Below, piece by piece: positions 12,155 through 24,076 of a stretch of 64,000 nt of DNA. Below the pieces are notes generated by a model that searched no databases, was not told the origin of the DNA, and was given only the letters and a program-made list of their open reading frames with translations. How positions within the stretch are numbered: the first letter of the stretch is position 1; the number at the start of each line of letters is the position of its first letter. Source of the DNA: Podarcis vaucheri (Eukaryota); the NCBI GenBank assembly GCA_965113315.1, contig OZ220376.1; one strand, given 5' to 3'. The position numbers were made by a program, and so were the translations under genes.

Positions 12155-12195
<41 letters not shown>
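12100..12195 (+). repeat. LINE/SINE 3' tail followed by (CAAT)n microsatellite
   Basis: ttgtaaactgcccc...gaagggtggtatataaat then about 9 CAAT units. Confidence 0.7.
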
Positions 12196-12399
12196 TACTT
12201 GGTGACCAGTTATCTGTAAAATCATACCATGTCTTCCAAACCTGATTAGAAATTCACAGAAGCAAGAGTCGGAAGTTTCTCCTCACTGTGTGACACAGCA
12301 CACGGATGGCTGGCCTAACAAGTGGTTACGCACACACTGTGGCAAAGCTACAGCTTAGTAAATCTGCATTCTCCCCATGGAAAGCTCCAAATAGGACGA

Positions 12400-13080
12400 A
12401 TGGGCAACAAAATGGCTATTGAGATGCAGTGTAAGAGCAAACTGATAAAGACAGCCAGTATCTTAATATATTTATATAAAATCTATTGTGCAACTTCATT
12501 TGAAACACTTGTGTGTAGTTCTGGTCACCTTTAGAAAGAATAATGTAGAGCTTGAAAAAGCAAAGGGCGACTAAAGTAACTGAGGGGTTGAAGCACTTTT
12601 TCCCTAATGGGAAAAGGCGGAAATATTCCATACTTTTTGAATTAGAAGCAAGATCAGGGAAGGACACAGCAAAGACTTAAAATTATGATTGATGTTGAAA
12701 ACAGGGAGGCATTTTTTCTTCCTCTATGCTGGAACTCGAGCTAACCCAATGAACTTGATTAGCACAAGACTCAGGACAAACACAGTTTCACACAAAACGT
12801 AAAACACTTTATGGATTTTGTTAGCACCAGCTATTGCGAAGAGCACTAACTGATACTTTTTTTAAAAAGGTGGGGAAAATTCATTGGGCCTAATCAACAA
12901 CTATTGCCCTTGACTAGATGGAGCTAGATGCGGAGGACAAAGACATGAATACCAGATGCTGAGGACAAACAGGAGAAGGCTGTTGACTTCCAGCTTCCCA
13001 CAGGCATTTGGTTTGATGCTGCTGGAAACAGAATGCTGGCCTGGATGGACCTTTTGTCCAGCAGAGCAGTTCCTACGCTG
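12400..13080 (+). mobile_element. Old degraded CR1 LINE 3' region
   Basis: gtagttctggtcacc...gagcttgaaaaag ORF2-end signature and the 3' motif agaatgctggcctggatggacc; boundaries approximate. Confidence 0.6.
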
Positions 13081-14442
13081 TTCCATCCAAAACTGATTTC
13101 AGAGCACGCTTTTACAATTTTTTCTTGTTAATTATATATTCTTATATTCAAACACAGTGGGGAAAATCCATGTAATGCAAGACTCATGCAACTTCTTCAA
13201 CTCAGTTCATATCACACCATCCGTTCAGCTCTTCTTATAGGTTAACACCATCCACACCTCTTGCAGAGGGAACACCAACCTTTGTGGGGGGTGGTAATCC
13301 AAAAGATACGCAACATATACATGAGGGAAAGGCATTTCCTTTATTAAGATTAGAAGCGATGTGGCGTCTCTATAAGCCATTACAGCACAAATCCAAAAAT
13401 GGAGGTCTATGAAGGCACAAGGTTTCAGTCTTCCTTGGAACCCAACACACTGAAAAGCTGAATCAATTCTGTCCAAGTAGTGAGGCAAACATTGAAAAGA
13501 AACTTTTTAAAACAAATATCTCCTGTTTCAAGAGTCTGAAATGGTGATGCGCCTGATCATTAAGGTGGAATGGTTACTGCATATGCAAAGCTGTTTAATG
13601 AGCAAGTTAGCATCAAGGTACCCTTCAATAGGCTCCCAATGTAACTGTAACACTGAAACACCATGCGCTACTCTTTATGGCAGAGGGTGTTATGTTTCAT
13701 GCTGCTAGACCCCTGCTCCTCCCACAACAGAAATCCAGCCATCATTAGTATCAAAGGCAAACGGGCCTGGTTTTCATGCAGGACTAGTTCATTATGTAAC
13801 AAACGGAAGTGAGGAGAAGGAAATGGAGACCAAGTGCATATCTATTCTCTTCTATGAAGGAAATCCTCCAAAGGCAGAACAGTTATTCTACATTGCACTA
13901 GAGTTCTCAAAAAGTGGAGGGTTTTCTTTTAAAAAAAGATGTATATACATTTATATCCACATGTAGACACTACTATATAAAAAAAGAGGGCACCAGAATT
14001 TGGTGGAATCTTGCAAAAAAAAAATCTAGCTAGAATAAATATAGATTAGATTATTCCTCTGTCTAAAGGCTGTCACTAATGAAAAGCTTTTAACTAAAAT
14101 ATTGGGATACCTAGGAGATTTAATCAACAGTTCCTTCAGTAAAATGGCACCATGCCTTAATCAGGCTTATATACCAGAAAAATCTTTATGACTGAGGTAA
14201 AAACAGGATTCAGAGCATCCACTCAAACCTCTAGGGCCCATCCTGCCTATAAATTCCCAAGAAAAGGGCACTAAGATCCCTCCTACGTTTTAACAGGTCT
14301 TGTCATTCAAGATGCCTTCAGGTTCTGCATTACAAGGTTCCAAGCATGGCTGCCCACCCTTGCTACTAAGAATGCTCCTGGTTTCCATTTCCTGCTGTGT
14401 GTGAGTGTCATGTCAGAGAGATGGTGGGATATGGCGCCTTAC

Positions 14443-14550
14443 TGTACTTCTCCTCCTTGCATCTCTGCAGGATCTCTAAGCTCCTCTGATGAACTGGGTG
14501 ATGGAGAAAGCTAAAACTATCCACACTTTTCAAAACCGCATCATCATGCC
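14443..14550 (-). CDS. MYO9A: MYO9A exon 15 (108 nt, symmetric phase 1), loop-2 insert
   Basis: cccaag|(G)HDDAVLKSVDSFSFLHHPVHQRSLEILQRCKEEKY(S)|gtaagg. Confidence 0.94.
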
Positions 14551-15629
14551 CTTGGGAAGCAAAACAAAAACATGGAGAAAAGAGAAAGATTACATAAGCA
14601 GAAACCAACGAAGAGTCAAGAACAGTGCGGACAACTGCCTTATTGACACAGAATAGTTCAAAAGTGATGGGTGCTTTCTGCCTACGGACAGTAATATCAC
14701 CATTTCTAGCAATTCTGAGGAGTGCACAAGACAGAGATGAACTGATCTTTTACTGGATCGTTGTAAGGCAAGTTGCTGGGTTTTGGGCAACTTCCCTTCG
14801 TATTTTGAAAAGATAAAGCTGCAGCCAAAATAATGAATTATAAATTGGAATCAACAATGAAACAGCACTGCATTTTATAATGCATGGCCATGATATATGT
14901 TAACAGTTTTATCATAGCATTTTCATAAAATAGCATGACATTTCTATGTTTAATGGGATTAATGAGCTCACTTACCCTTTAGCAATTAGGATCACATTTT
15001 CCAAAGGGCATTGCCTAATGCATCATTTTTTAAAAGCTGTTCTGATTATTATAAATATGTGTATCTGATGTGGGCTGTGAATTATTTCCAGATTAGGTAT
15101 AGCCTGCTGAAATGTGGAATTCAAAACAAATCATAACAATTATTGCTTTTATGTGGCTCTTAGGGCTTTAATCTTGAAAACAGAAAACTATCATCCATGT
15201 CTCCAATAATTCTAATTATTACTTATCTTGTACTTCCAGTCTTGCAGAAATCCTATGCCAGATTCTACATGTGGACTCTCATAATGCAGCTCAGGCCTAT
15301 TTAATCTACATAATTTATTCTAGACGCTCTCTTTGTTACAGTTTTTTTACTTTCAAGCATCATGAGTTATTATTTGTGTTGGGCTTGATTCATATTACTG
15401 TTGTTACAACACAATCAGGAAGATAAAGACTAAATGGCAGTGCCTCTTATGTTTGTAACCAAACATCAGAAAGGCTCAAGTCTTGCACTGTAACACTTGG
15501 GAACTGATTTTTAGTGGCAGATCTGGAGATGGTTCACCACAAGGCGCTTGTTGAGGGTGTTGTTTTGAGTGACTATTACAGTTCACCTCTCATATGCAGG
15601 CACAACAGACACTCAAAATAATTCTCTGT

Positions 15630-16220
15630 ATGAACAACTTGTGAGGAATTGTCAGCAGATATGCCACAAGGTTTAGTTCATAGTTAAGCCAAGGGAGATT
15701 TGAAGTTTGTATAGTTTAAGTTTGCCCAAGACTTTTCTGCTGAAGAAACAGAGACATTTGAGTGATGTCACAAAGTTGTACTTGTGCAAAAAGAACAATT
15801 CCTGAAACTATCATGTGATTGGACCATCAAATATATTTTTCTGGAAGTGAGGCTATTTAAAATCTGGCTTCAAATTACCAAAACTGCTTGGTTACTCAGT
15901 TACCACTGAGTATCCTGAGCTTGTTGAATCAGTCTCTGTGCTTATCTTTGCAATACAGGTTTTTTCAGCAATGACAGCTATGAAGACAGTAGCAAGCTAT
16001 CTATCAATACTGATCTCAGACTATGTCTGACAACTATCAAACATTGCACTGACCCACTTGTTGGAAAAATGCAAACTCAGCCATCCTACTGATGATGCTT
16101 GCCATAATGAACTTTTTCATTAATTATATTTGACACTGCCTGTTTAATCACCTGTTTTTAGAATAACTTTCATAGTTTATGAATTAATAGCCTGCAATCA
16201 GTTGACTGGTGATTCCCATT
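15630..16220 (+). mobile_element. Fossil hAT (Charlie/Buster-type) transposase C-terminal fragment
   Basis: Frameshifted peptides EYPELV, GFFSNDSY/FSAMTAMKT and DLRLCLTTIKHCTDPLVGKMQTQPSY* resemble the hATC dimerisation end; boundaries approximate. Confidence 0.65.
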
Positions 16221-16504
16221 AAAAATAAAAAATTGTGAATAACTGCAAATACTATAAATATTTCAACAAATTCTACACTGTGAATATGTAAATTTTTGCT
16301 TGGATGCCTCAAATAATGGTTATTAGATAGGCGAACTTGCAATTAAAACACATGAAATTGACAGCTGCTGAAGACCTCAGGTCCAAAATTCATGTGACAA
16401 CAAATCAATGGACCATCCTAACAAGCAAATTTGGAATTGTGGGTTGCAATACCAAAAAGCTTAGGACTAACAGCCCACATCATATAACTTCCCTGCAAAC
16501 TTTG

Positions 16505-16690
16505 TTGGCGATGGGGCGACGACGAAGAGTGAGGCCGGGGAGAGGCTGGCGCTGCAGCAAAAGGCTGCTAAACACGCCCCCTCCGGGGCACCTGGTTGGG
16601 TGGCCACCAGGGGGGCGTGAGCGCCAGCCAGGTGAGCTGGAGGCAGGGGGCCACGCCCCCTGCTGGGCGGTGCTCGGGCTCTTTCAGGGA
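16505..16690. promoter_or_regulatory. Small CpG-rich island with three CTCF-like motifs
   Basis: Minus CCAGCAGGGGGCGT (16666-16653), plus TGGCCACCAGGGGGGCGTG (16601-16619), minus CCCGGAGGGGGCGT (16587-16574). Confidence 0.5.
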
Positions 16691-18597
16691 GGAGAGTCTT
16701 TGTCTGAAAGCAACCTTGATGGTGAAATGGAATGCAAGACTGACTGAAGGAATGGTTTAAACTGAATAAATTTCAGAACAGCTGCAGTCTAGATGTGGAC
16801 AGACCACAAAAAAATTCATTTTAAAGGGGATGCTGCATATTTATTCTATGATCTTGACTGGGCAGTCTACCTCACATTATACCATTTTAACTACTAGCCT
16901 TGTTTCACCATCAATAGCCAACAGAAATGGTTACATAATAGGGGTTATACTGACAGTAACATGGGATAGCTAAATGCAACACAAACATAGCTCAAAACAG
17001 AAAGAGTTGCCAGATACTTAAAACAGTCTCGTGTAACAGAGAAGGGTGGCTATTTAACCTTGCAGCATATTCCTAACACAAATGGTTAAGATAGAGGATG
17101 AACCAAGAACTACAGCAAAATATGATAAAGGACCACTATTACAGGGAAATTACAATGGTGGAAATAGATTCTTTGCCTGAAATTTTCCACATCAACTAAA
17201 TATTACAATTTTAAAAGCCAGGGTTTGCATTCATAATGATTTCACAGGCCCACTTGAATGTGGATCTTTTTTATGTGAGATATATTAATCAATTTTGAGT
17301 GTGGAATGCAAATCTTTCTTCACTAAGATTTGAAATACGAACTTTGAAAATGTGATGTTTGTTTTTTACTTTCAGTTATCAGGATGAAAGTTTGCTACTA
17401 TAAATGTAGAAGGGCTACAGTATCACTTGCTGAGTCAGGAGAAGAAAAGCACAAACTGTAGACACTTGCATTCATTCAACTCTAGAAACTTAACAGATGT
17501 ATTTGAAAAGCTAAACTACATAAACAGAAGTACAAAAAAGCTACAGAAGAAAACACTGCAAATAAATATTAACTTCAAGTTAATGCACAGCACCGATATT
17601 CAACATCACTGGCACGGAAAGAACAAAATAAAGTGATTTAAAACGAACGAGACATAGGCATGAGATACTTTCCATATGTACCATAAATGTAACTGTAGAA
17701 GCTTTCTCAGACAATATTTCCTATTGCTTTCTGACTGTCCATGAGATGTTCCACACACCTGTAGATAAAAGCTACCCTTGTAAAGAACAGCAGTATATGA
17801 TTAAGGAAGTATATTTAAGAGTTGATGTGGAATGCTCACATCAGGCGTTCAAGCTATACCAGGTGCAAGAAACTAAAAAGCCCTGACTATTCCACTTAAT
17901 GCTTTTAGATATTCTCCATGGTACATTTGTAACAATTAAAAACAGATGAACTACAAGGGTCCAAAGTTTAATTTTTCACACCATCATTGCCTCCAACTAG
18001 ATTTGAATTGGCTAGAAAATTTACCACTATTTTGCTGAAAAATGCCCCCTCTGAAAGCTGCTTTTCTTAGTGGAAGCTACTCCTCCCCCACCCCCAGTAC
18101 AAATCAATATGACTAATCTGACCCAATAATCCTTCCCACCCACCCATGCAAGCAGCAGCTACTCCTATCATTATACATTTGTAACATGTAGTTTGGCCAG
18201 AGTGAAAACCTTTTAGCATCTGTAAAAATGTATTTTCATTTGTCCAAAAGGAAAGCTCTTATTCCCCTCTCCCTTTGAGTTTCCCATTTTTAGGAATAAG
18301 ATCACAGCAATCTGCATTGTGTGTGTTTAGTTCTTATAAATAATAAAAGCTGCAAGAGACTGACACAGTTAACACTCTGGATATTTGTGAAAGTAGGTTA
18401 GGTTTTGTTTCTCACATGACATCCCCCCTCCCTGCCAAAAAATGAAAGAAGAGCAAACATGGAAAGGCTGTATACCATCACATATGAGTATATTTTTGCC
18501 AATATAGCTTCTCAGCATATGCACTCACAGCAAAACACACATTTGTGTCATATAAATTTGTAGTGAAAACATCCACCATCCTACATGAAAACAATAC

Positions 18598-18630
18598 CTT
18601 GTGCAATAGCCCGAATTCTTGCTCTTCTAG
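18598..18630 (-). CDS. MYO9A: Candidate 33-nt alternative microexon of MYO9A (inserts ARRARIRAIAQ in loop 2)
   Basis: TACTAAC branch point at 18656-18650; catag|CT AGA AGA GCA AGA ATT CGG GCT ATT GCA CAA G|gtattg; phase 1/1 matches intron 14; no stop. Confidence 0.65.
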
Positions 18631-20078
18631 CTATGTAGTTGATAGACAAGTTAGTACCTGTGCCACAAAATCTGCATTTTGGTTTCTTGAACAAACTGAC
18701 TGGTAGCCATGATACCCTTGGAAGGGCTGAGCATATGAAAATTACTGTGAAATAGACTAGAACATCAGGCACAATTCCATGATTCTATTTCTAAATTAGC
18801 AGCAGCCAGATTTTACTATAACATTTGTAAGCATACTTGCAAAACTAATATCCTGAGTAACTTGCAATTAAGTGCCAAATATTTTTTGAATGCTCTTTAG
18901 TACAAATGCTTACACGCAAATTGTAATATGTAACAGCATTTGAGTATGTTCAATGTGAATCTCCCCAAAGACGATCTTTTACACATTTGTTTTGAGCTAA
19001 TTGTTTTCAGTTTCGAAAAGAAAAAGGCTCCCAAAACGCAGACATGAGAGAAACAAGGACAAGCCTCACAAAATACTGTGCGCACCTTAAGCAAAATATC
19101 CTCAAATATACAAGGCTACAGATTCGGAGTCCATTAGAATGTAGTTTTTTGGGGGGAAAGGGGTTGAGGTTAGGTTATAGAAAGGTTTTAAGGAGAACCA
19201 GGACAAGAAGATGACTATAGCCCAGTTCACAGTAACCAGCAGGCCCCAAACAAACAGCCTGGGAGAAATTAATTTTGTTATGATTAAATGCAAAAGGACT
19301 TTTAAAATGACCTCTGTTTTATAAATGTTAATAGAGGGGTGACTTTTTTCAAACCAAGAGTCCCATGCTAGTGGTGGGCATGGCCAATGTATGCACACAC
19401 AGACAGAAATGCACTTACCAGACATGCCATCACACAGCACCTCTGTTGCACACAGCATTTCCAACCCTCCCCATTCTGGTGCTGGAGTGGTAGTGGCTTG
19501 AATAAACTGCATTTTACTTTGCCCAGATCATTCTGGGCAAAGTGAAATGACAGCATTTACAGTGATTCCCACACCAGTGCTAGAATGGTGGGGAAATGTT
19601 GTCTTTTACTCTTAAAGGGCAGGAAGAGGTCTTTGTTTTCTAGAGTAGTATTGTGGTGCTGTGGTGCTAAGACTGGAAATAAAATCCATCTACCTATTCT
19701 TTAGAAATCATCTCTAAATGTTCTATGCATTCAGACTTTGCCAACAACAACAACAACAACAGGCTCAGTTAAAACTATCAATACTCCTATTAGGTATGTT
19801 TAATCAGCTTTAAGACTATCAAAAGCTCACACAATAGTTTGTCCTAAACTATTAAGATCCATCTTATTTTTGTATTCATGGGATCATGAAGTTCATCTTT
19901 TATGTGCCACAAGCTTTGGGGGAGGGGGGGATAACAGATGTAAAGCATATAAAACCTTGATTTCTTATAATGCAAGATCTGAAATTGGAGACTAGCCCTT
20001 AAAGACACAGCAGACACCTTTGAGAGGTTCTGGACAAACCCATTTTATATGAAGATAGTTACAGTATACAACACCTAC

Positions 20079-20274
20079 CAGTTTTCTTCTCAATGTGCCG
20101 CCTTCCTGCCTCCCTAAATGCAACTACACCTCTGAAGAAAGCTCTGAGGACCGCCCAACGAAACACAGCAACAGGATCAATTCCTATCATTCCACAAATA
20201 AAGGCACTCTTGCTGCTTCTTAGGAGAGCGACAATGTCTGGTCGCATATGATCTGTATTTTTCTCCCGGAAATC
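20079..20274 (-). CDS. MYO9A: MYO9A exon 14 (196 nt), start of class IX loop-2 insert
   Basis: tag|[65 protein letters not shown](G)|gtaggt. Confidence 0.97.
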
Positions 20275-20324
20275 CTAAAGAGGAAAGAAATGAAATACAG
20301 TGTTCAGCAAGTCCTGAAGTAGTA

Positions 20325-20482
20325 GAGTACAAGTTTTCAGGGCAAAAGGTTTTGGGTTCAATCTCTGACATCTTCAGGTAAGCCTGGGAAAGATTCCTAC
20401 ATGAAACCCTGGATATAGCCACTGCTTATCATTGTACAACAACTCTGAGCTAGATGAACTAGTAGCCTTCCTATGTTCCTAA
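20325..20482 (+). mobile_element. tRNA-derived SINE (Squam-like), degenerate
   Basis: B-box-like gggttcaatctc, gaaaccctgga core and cttcctatgttccta tail. Confidence 0.6.
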
Positions 20483-21160
20483 AACATTTGATTTCTACAA
20501 TAGTCAGGGCAATAATATATGCTCAATAGTATGCTGTACATCTGTTAAATGCATCTGTTAAAGCTGCTTGGCCGAATAAGGTTCTAAGACGTTCCTCAAG
20601 CTTAGCATTATTCTCTAGCACTTTTTGAAGCATTTACAAATTAGATGAAATATGCATTGTCACCGCTAACATTGCCTAAGAAAGCAATCAAACTTGGGAA
20701 ATATGAATAGGATCATGGAATGACAAGAATGCAATGGAATCTCACTTATGGTCTTGCACTTCCCTATAAGAACTGTATAATAATTTCAAACTCAAGACAA
20801 TGTACACATGTTCTTCATGTGATCTGTTTGTGCACATGAACATGATAAGCTTTTCCTACTGCAGGTGGGCTGTGCTAGAATAACTGATATTTTCATTTAA
20901 AAATCAGGCCATACACATGCTCACATTCAGGTGCATTAAGTTCCATTCAAAACAATGGAACTTATATGCAGGTAACTATGGTGAAACGTCAGCTTCAACT
21001 GGGATAAAAAGGAAAAACAAAATAGGTGGTTATGTTAAAGTGCATATATTCTTGATTCAATCCACCAAGTTCCAATATTGGCACAAATACAGGAAGAGAA
21101 AAAGTAAAAGTGCAGATTCAAAACTTACAGTACTGAAGTTGAAATCCCCATTTTACAGGT

Positions 21161-21268
21161 GATAAACCATCTGTCATGTATGTTTTAGTTGCGATTCCTG
21201 CATTGCAGGGGGTTGGACTAGATGACCCTCAAGGTGCCTTTCAACTCTACAATTCTATGGTTCTATGA
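21161..21268 (+). mobile_element. CR1 LINE 3' end (different subfamily)
   Basis: cctgcattgcagggggttggactagatgacc...attctatggttctatga. Confidence 0.8.
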
Positions 21269-21387
21269 TAAGGGTCACTTAATTCAACAACAAGAGCCTC
21301 CAAAGGCATTATTATGGCTTTCAAATATTAAAAGCAAGAGTTGCATCTATTTTTAGAGAAAATGTTAGCAGTGAACAATGTACAGAC

Positions 21388-21529
21388 CTTCACACCATAT
21401 TTAACTTTTCCAGCATAGTGTTTTATGATGAAAGCAGGTTCCATTACAGCTGGAAATTCAATGTAGAGGTTCCCTTCATGTTGACGCTTAAACTTGTCTA
21501 GTAGCGTTTGATTTGTGGCTTGTGGGAAA
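21388..21529 (-). CDS. MYO9A: MYO9A exon 13 (142 nt)
   Basis: cag|[47 protein letters not shown]|gtctgt. Confidence 0.97.
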
Positions 21530-23954
21530 CTGAATGAAGAGAAGAGAATGTTTTTAGTTGATGATTATAATACATGTATTCCTATAAAACATATGGATAT
21601 ATTCAGTTCCCAAATCATTAGATAATTAGATAATTAGTAAAACAGCAACATGTCTATAGAGCTAAAATTGATTGGTTTTTCACTCTCCTTTTCCAGCACA
21701 CAGGCACTAAGCATCTCTGGGCAGCTTAGTGGGGAGACAAAGGAGTAGCGGCTTGATCAGCATATTCACATCACAGCAAAAACTACGCTCATATCACGCT
21801 TCAAACAAATTGGATTTTTAAATTTTGTTTTCATGCAGGAAAAGAATAGTGTGTGAAGAGAGCATTATTGCTTAAGTGTTTACTGTTTTTCTCTCCTCCT
21901 TTCAGTAAATGGTATACAGTCGGCAAAAAAGAAACAAACAGACCAATAACAGGAAAAATCAACATAATGTTTGGTCACACACAGTGTATGTATATCAAAA
22001 TTCAGACAAAATGAAGGGTAACACAGAAAGAAAGAGGGGGCTTGGCACCATAGTCAATAGCATAAAATGAAGATGCCCGCTCACTCCTTCTTGGGCGGGC
22101 AGCTTTGAGGGCAGTCCCCGGCCTTCCTCTGTGAACCAGCCTATTGAAGGCAAGATTGTCCCCTTGCTGCCAAATTGGCAAATGGTGGCAGGAATCAGAG
22201 GGCGTTCCCCTGGGCGCAGTGCCAACTGACCAATAGTGGTGCTTGGCACCACGCCCAGGGCAGGGATAAATTCCTGGCCTGCGGGGCTTTTTGGCCTCTC
22301 TCTCACCACGCCGGTTCTTCCTTATGGAAGCTGCAATTGTCTTAAGCGGTGCTTTCCTCCAGACACAATCTAAGATCTGAACCACAAGATCAGCCTCCCA
22401 CCCTCCCTTGAGATCATGAACACTGAGAAGCGTATCATAAATCACTGGTGCTATCTCCATTTTTCTGATCTGTTTGTTGTGGACACTCCTGCTCAAACAA
22501 TGTGATAGCTCTGTGGGTATTTGGGTCACTGTCCAACTTTCTAGCAAAACTGAGAACTTGCAGAGCATGCAGTCAATTTTGGATTGCACTTGGGACTGGG
22601 GCTAGCCAGCCTCTCCTGTGAGAACTGCATGTCCTAGAAAGAACTCCTTTTTTGGTTTTTTAGCATCACTTCAGCAAGGGGAAAACAATCCATTCATGCA
22701 CCAAAACTGTCTAAAAACCGGTGTGCCAGCTTGAATAAAACATGGGGGGGGGGTAAGCCCTGCCCCACATAATTGATCACAGGATGTAGCACATGCACAC
22801 TATTTGAATGGCAATGTCCATCAACTTTCAAGAGGCCTGGCTCCCTCAACTATTTTATTGGGGGGCAGGATGAAGAGACCTTGGTCCCTAGGAGTTGGCT
22901 CCTATGCTAATAATCACTTTCAATTGCAACTTATTTAATTGACTTTCAACACAGAATTTTCTCTTGGGACCCCATAGTCTGTGCACACTGGTCCTCATTA
23001 TACATCCCTGCCTATGCTGACTAGTCCCTATTATGATTGTACTATTATGCAAGTGAGGCACAGACATGTTTTTCTGCTTTGATGACCACAAAGTTTTAAT
23101 TGTGAAACGAACAACAAACAAAAACCCTTTCAGGAAAAGGCTATTTTCATGTCCATCAAGTCTCAAAGAAAAGTTGAACTCTTTTAGATGCAAGAAAGGA
23201 AACTACTGTATGCCATAGTTGATGACTCAAGTATGAGTTGATAAGAATGGGAAATCGGGGAAATACTGGAATACTGACATAAAGACAGTGTTTGCTGAGT
23301 AATACATATCTCCAGAACACATTTCCAAGATTGATTCTCCTGCTATCCTATCACAATGGAATAGATTATATCATCTAAGCTATATAAATATTGTAACTTG
23401 TTATAGGAATTCTAAGGTCTCATATATATATAAATCACGTGTTCATAAATGTATAAGGCAAACACACATGCATAAGTATAGTGTCCGAAACTGTACAGAA
23501 GAGCATTAGTGACCCCTAAACATTTTGTGACGCTTTGTACTTTTGTCCCTATTCATTTTTCCTGATTTGAACTATTAAATGGTGATTTTCTTGAGTCAAA
23601 ATGAGAGTATGCCCTAAACATTTTTTTAGATAAAAAGCACTGGATAAGGGCATGGGTTGGCATCCTGAACAACAACCCAATGTAATATTTTGTTGCAGAT
23701 CCAGCACATCCCACACAGATGACCATATTAACTTGAGTGAGCATTCTCGTCCTGGGGACAGCTTGATCATTTGCATCCTCCTCCCTAAGGGTAAGGAGAT
23801 CGTTAACATATTAATGGATGGATAATCATAAGGGATCTTTCTTATTTTGGTTTTCACTTTTAGGCTGCTACTCACTTGCAAACAACAACAACAACACAGG
23901 ACTTTAGTGATCCGAAACCTGACAATCACAAGAGTGGGGCAACAACATACTCAC

Positions 23955-24076
23955 TTGCTTTCCTCATCCAGCAGATGGAGCAACCCTGTTGGCTTTTTAC
24001 TGATAAGGTTTATGCAGCCGGAATTGTCTGTGTATTCTATGTTATGCCAGCTGATGCCTTCCAGTCTGTACTCCTC
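23955..24076 (-). CDS. MYO9A: MYO9A exon 12 (122 nt)
   Basis: cag|[40 protein letters not shown](N)|gtgagt. Confidence 0.97.

Noticed and set aside
13225-13400. ORF with faint resemblance to exon 15 (LLDYHPPQRLVFPLQ vs FLHHPVHQRSLEILQ), considered as a mutually exclusive exon
   Set aside because: No acceptor/donor pair gives an open phase 1/1 exon; the 90-nt option hits TAA; the similarity is within chance
17668-17758. Acceptor-like ttttatctacag followed by exon-like sequence in intron 14
   Set aside because: Stop in the required frame and only weak donors, none of which restores phase 1
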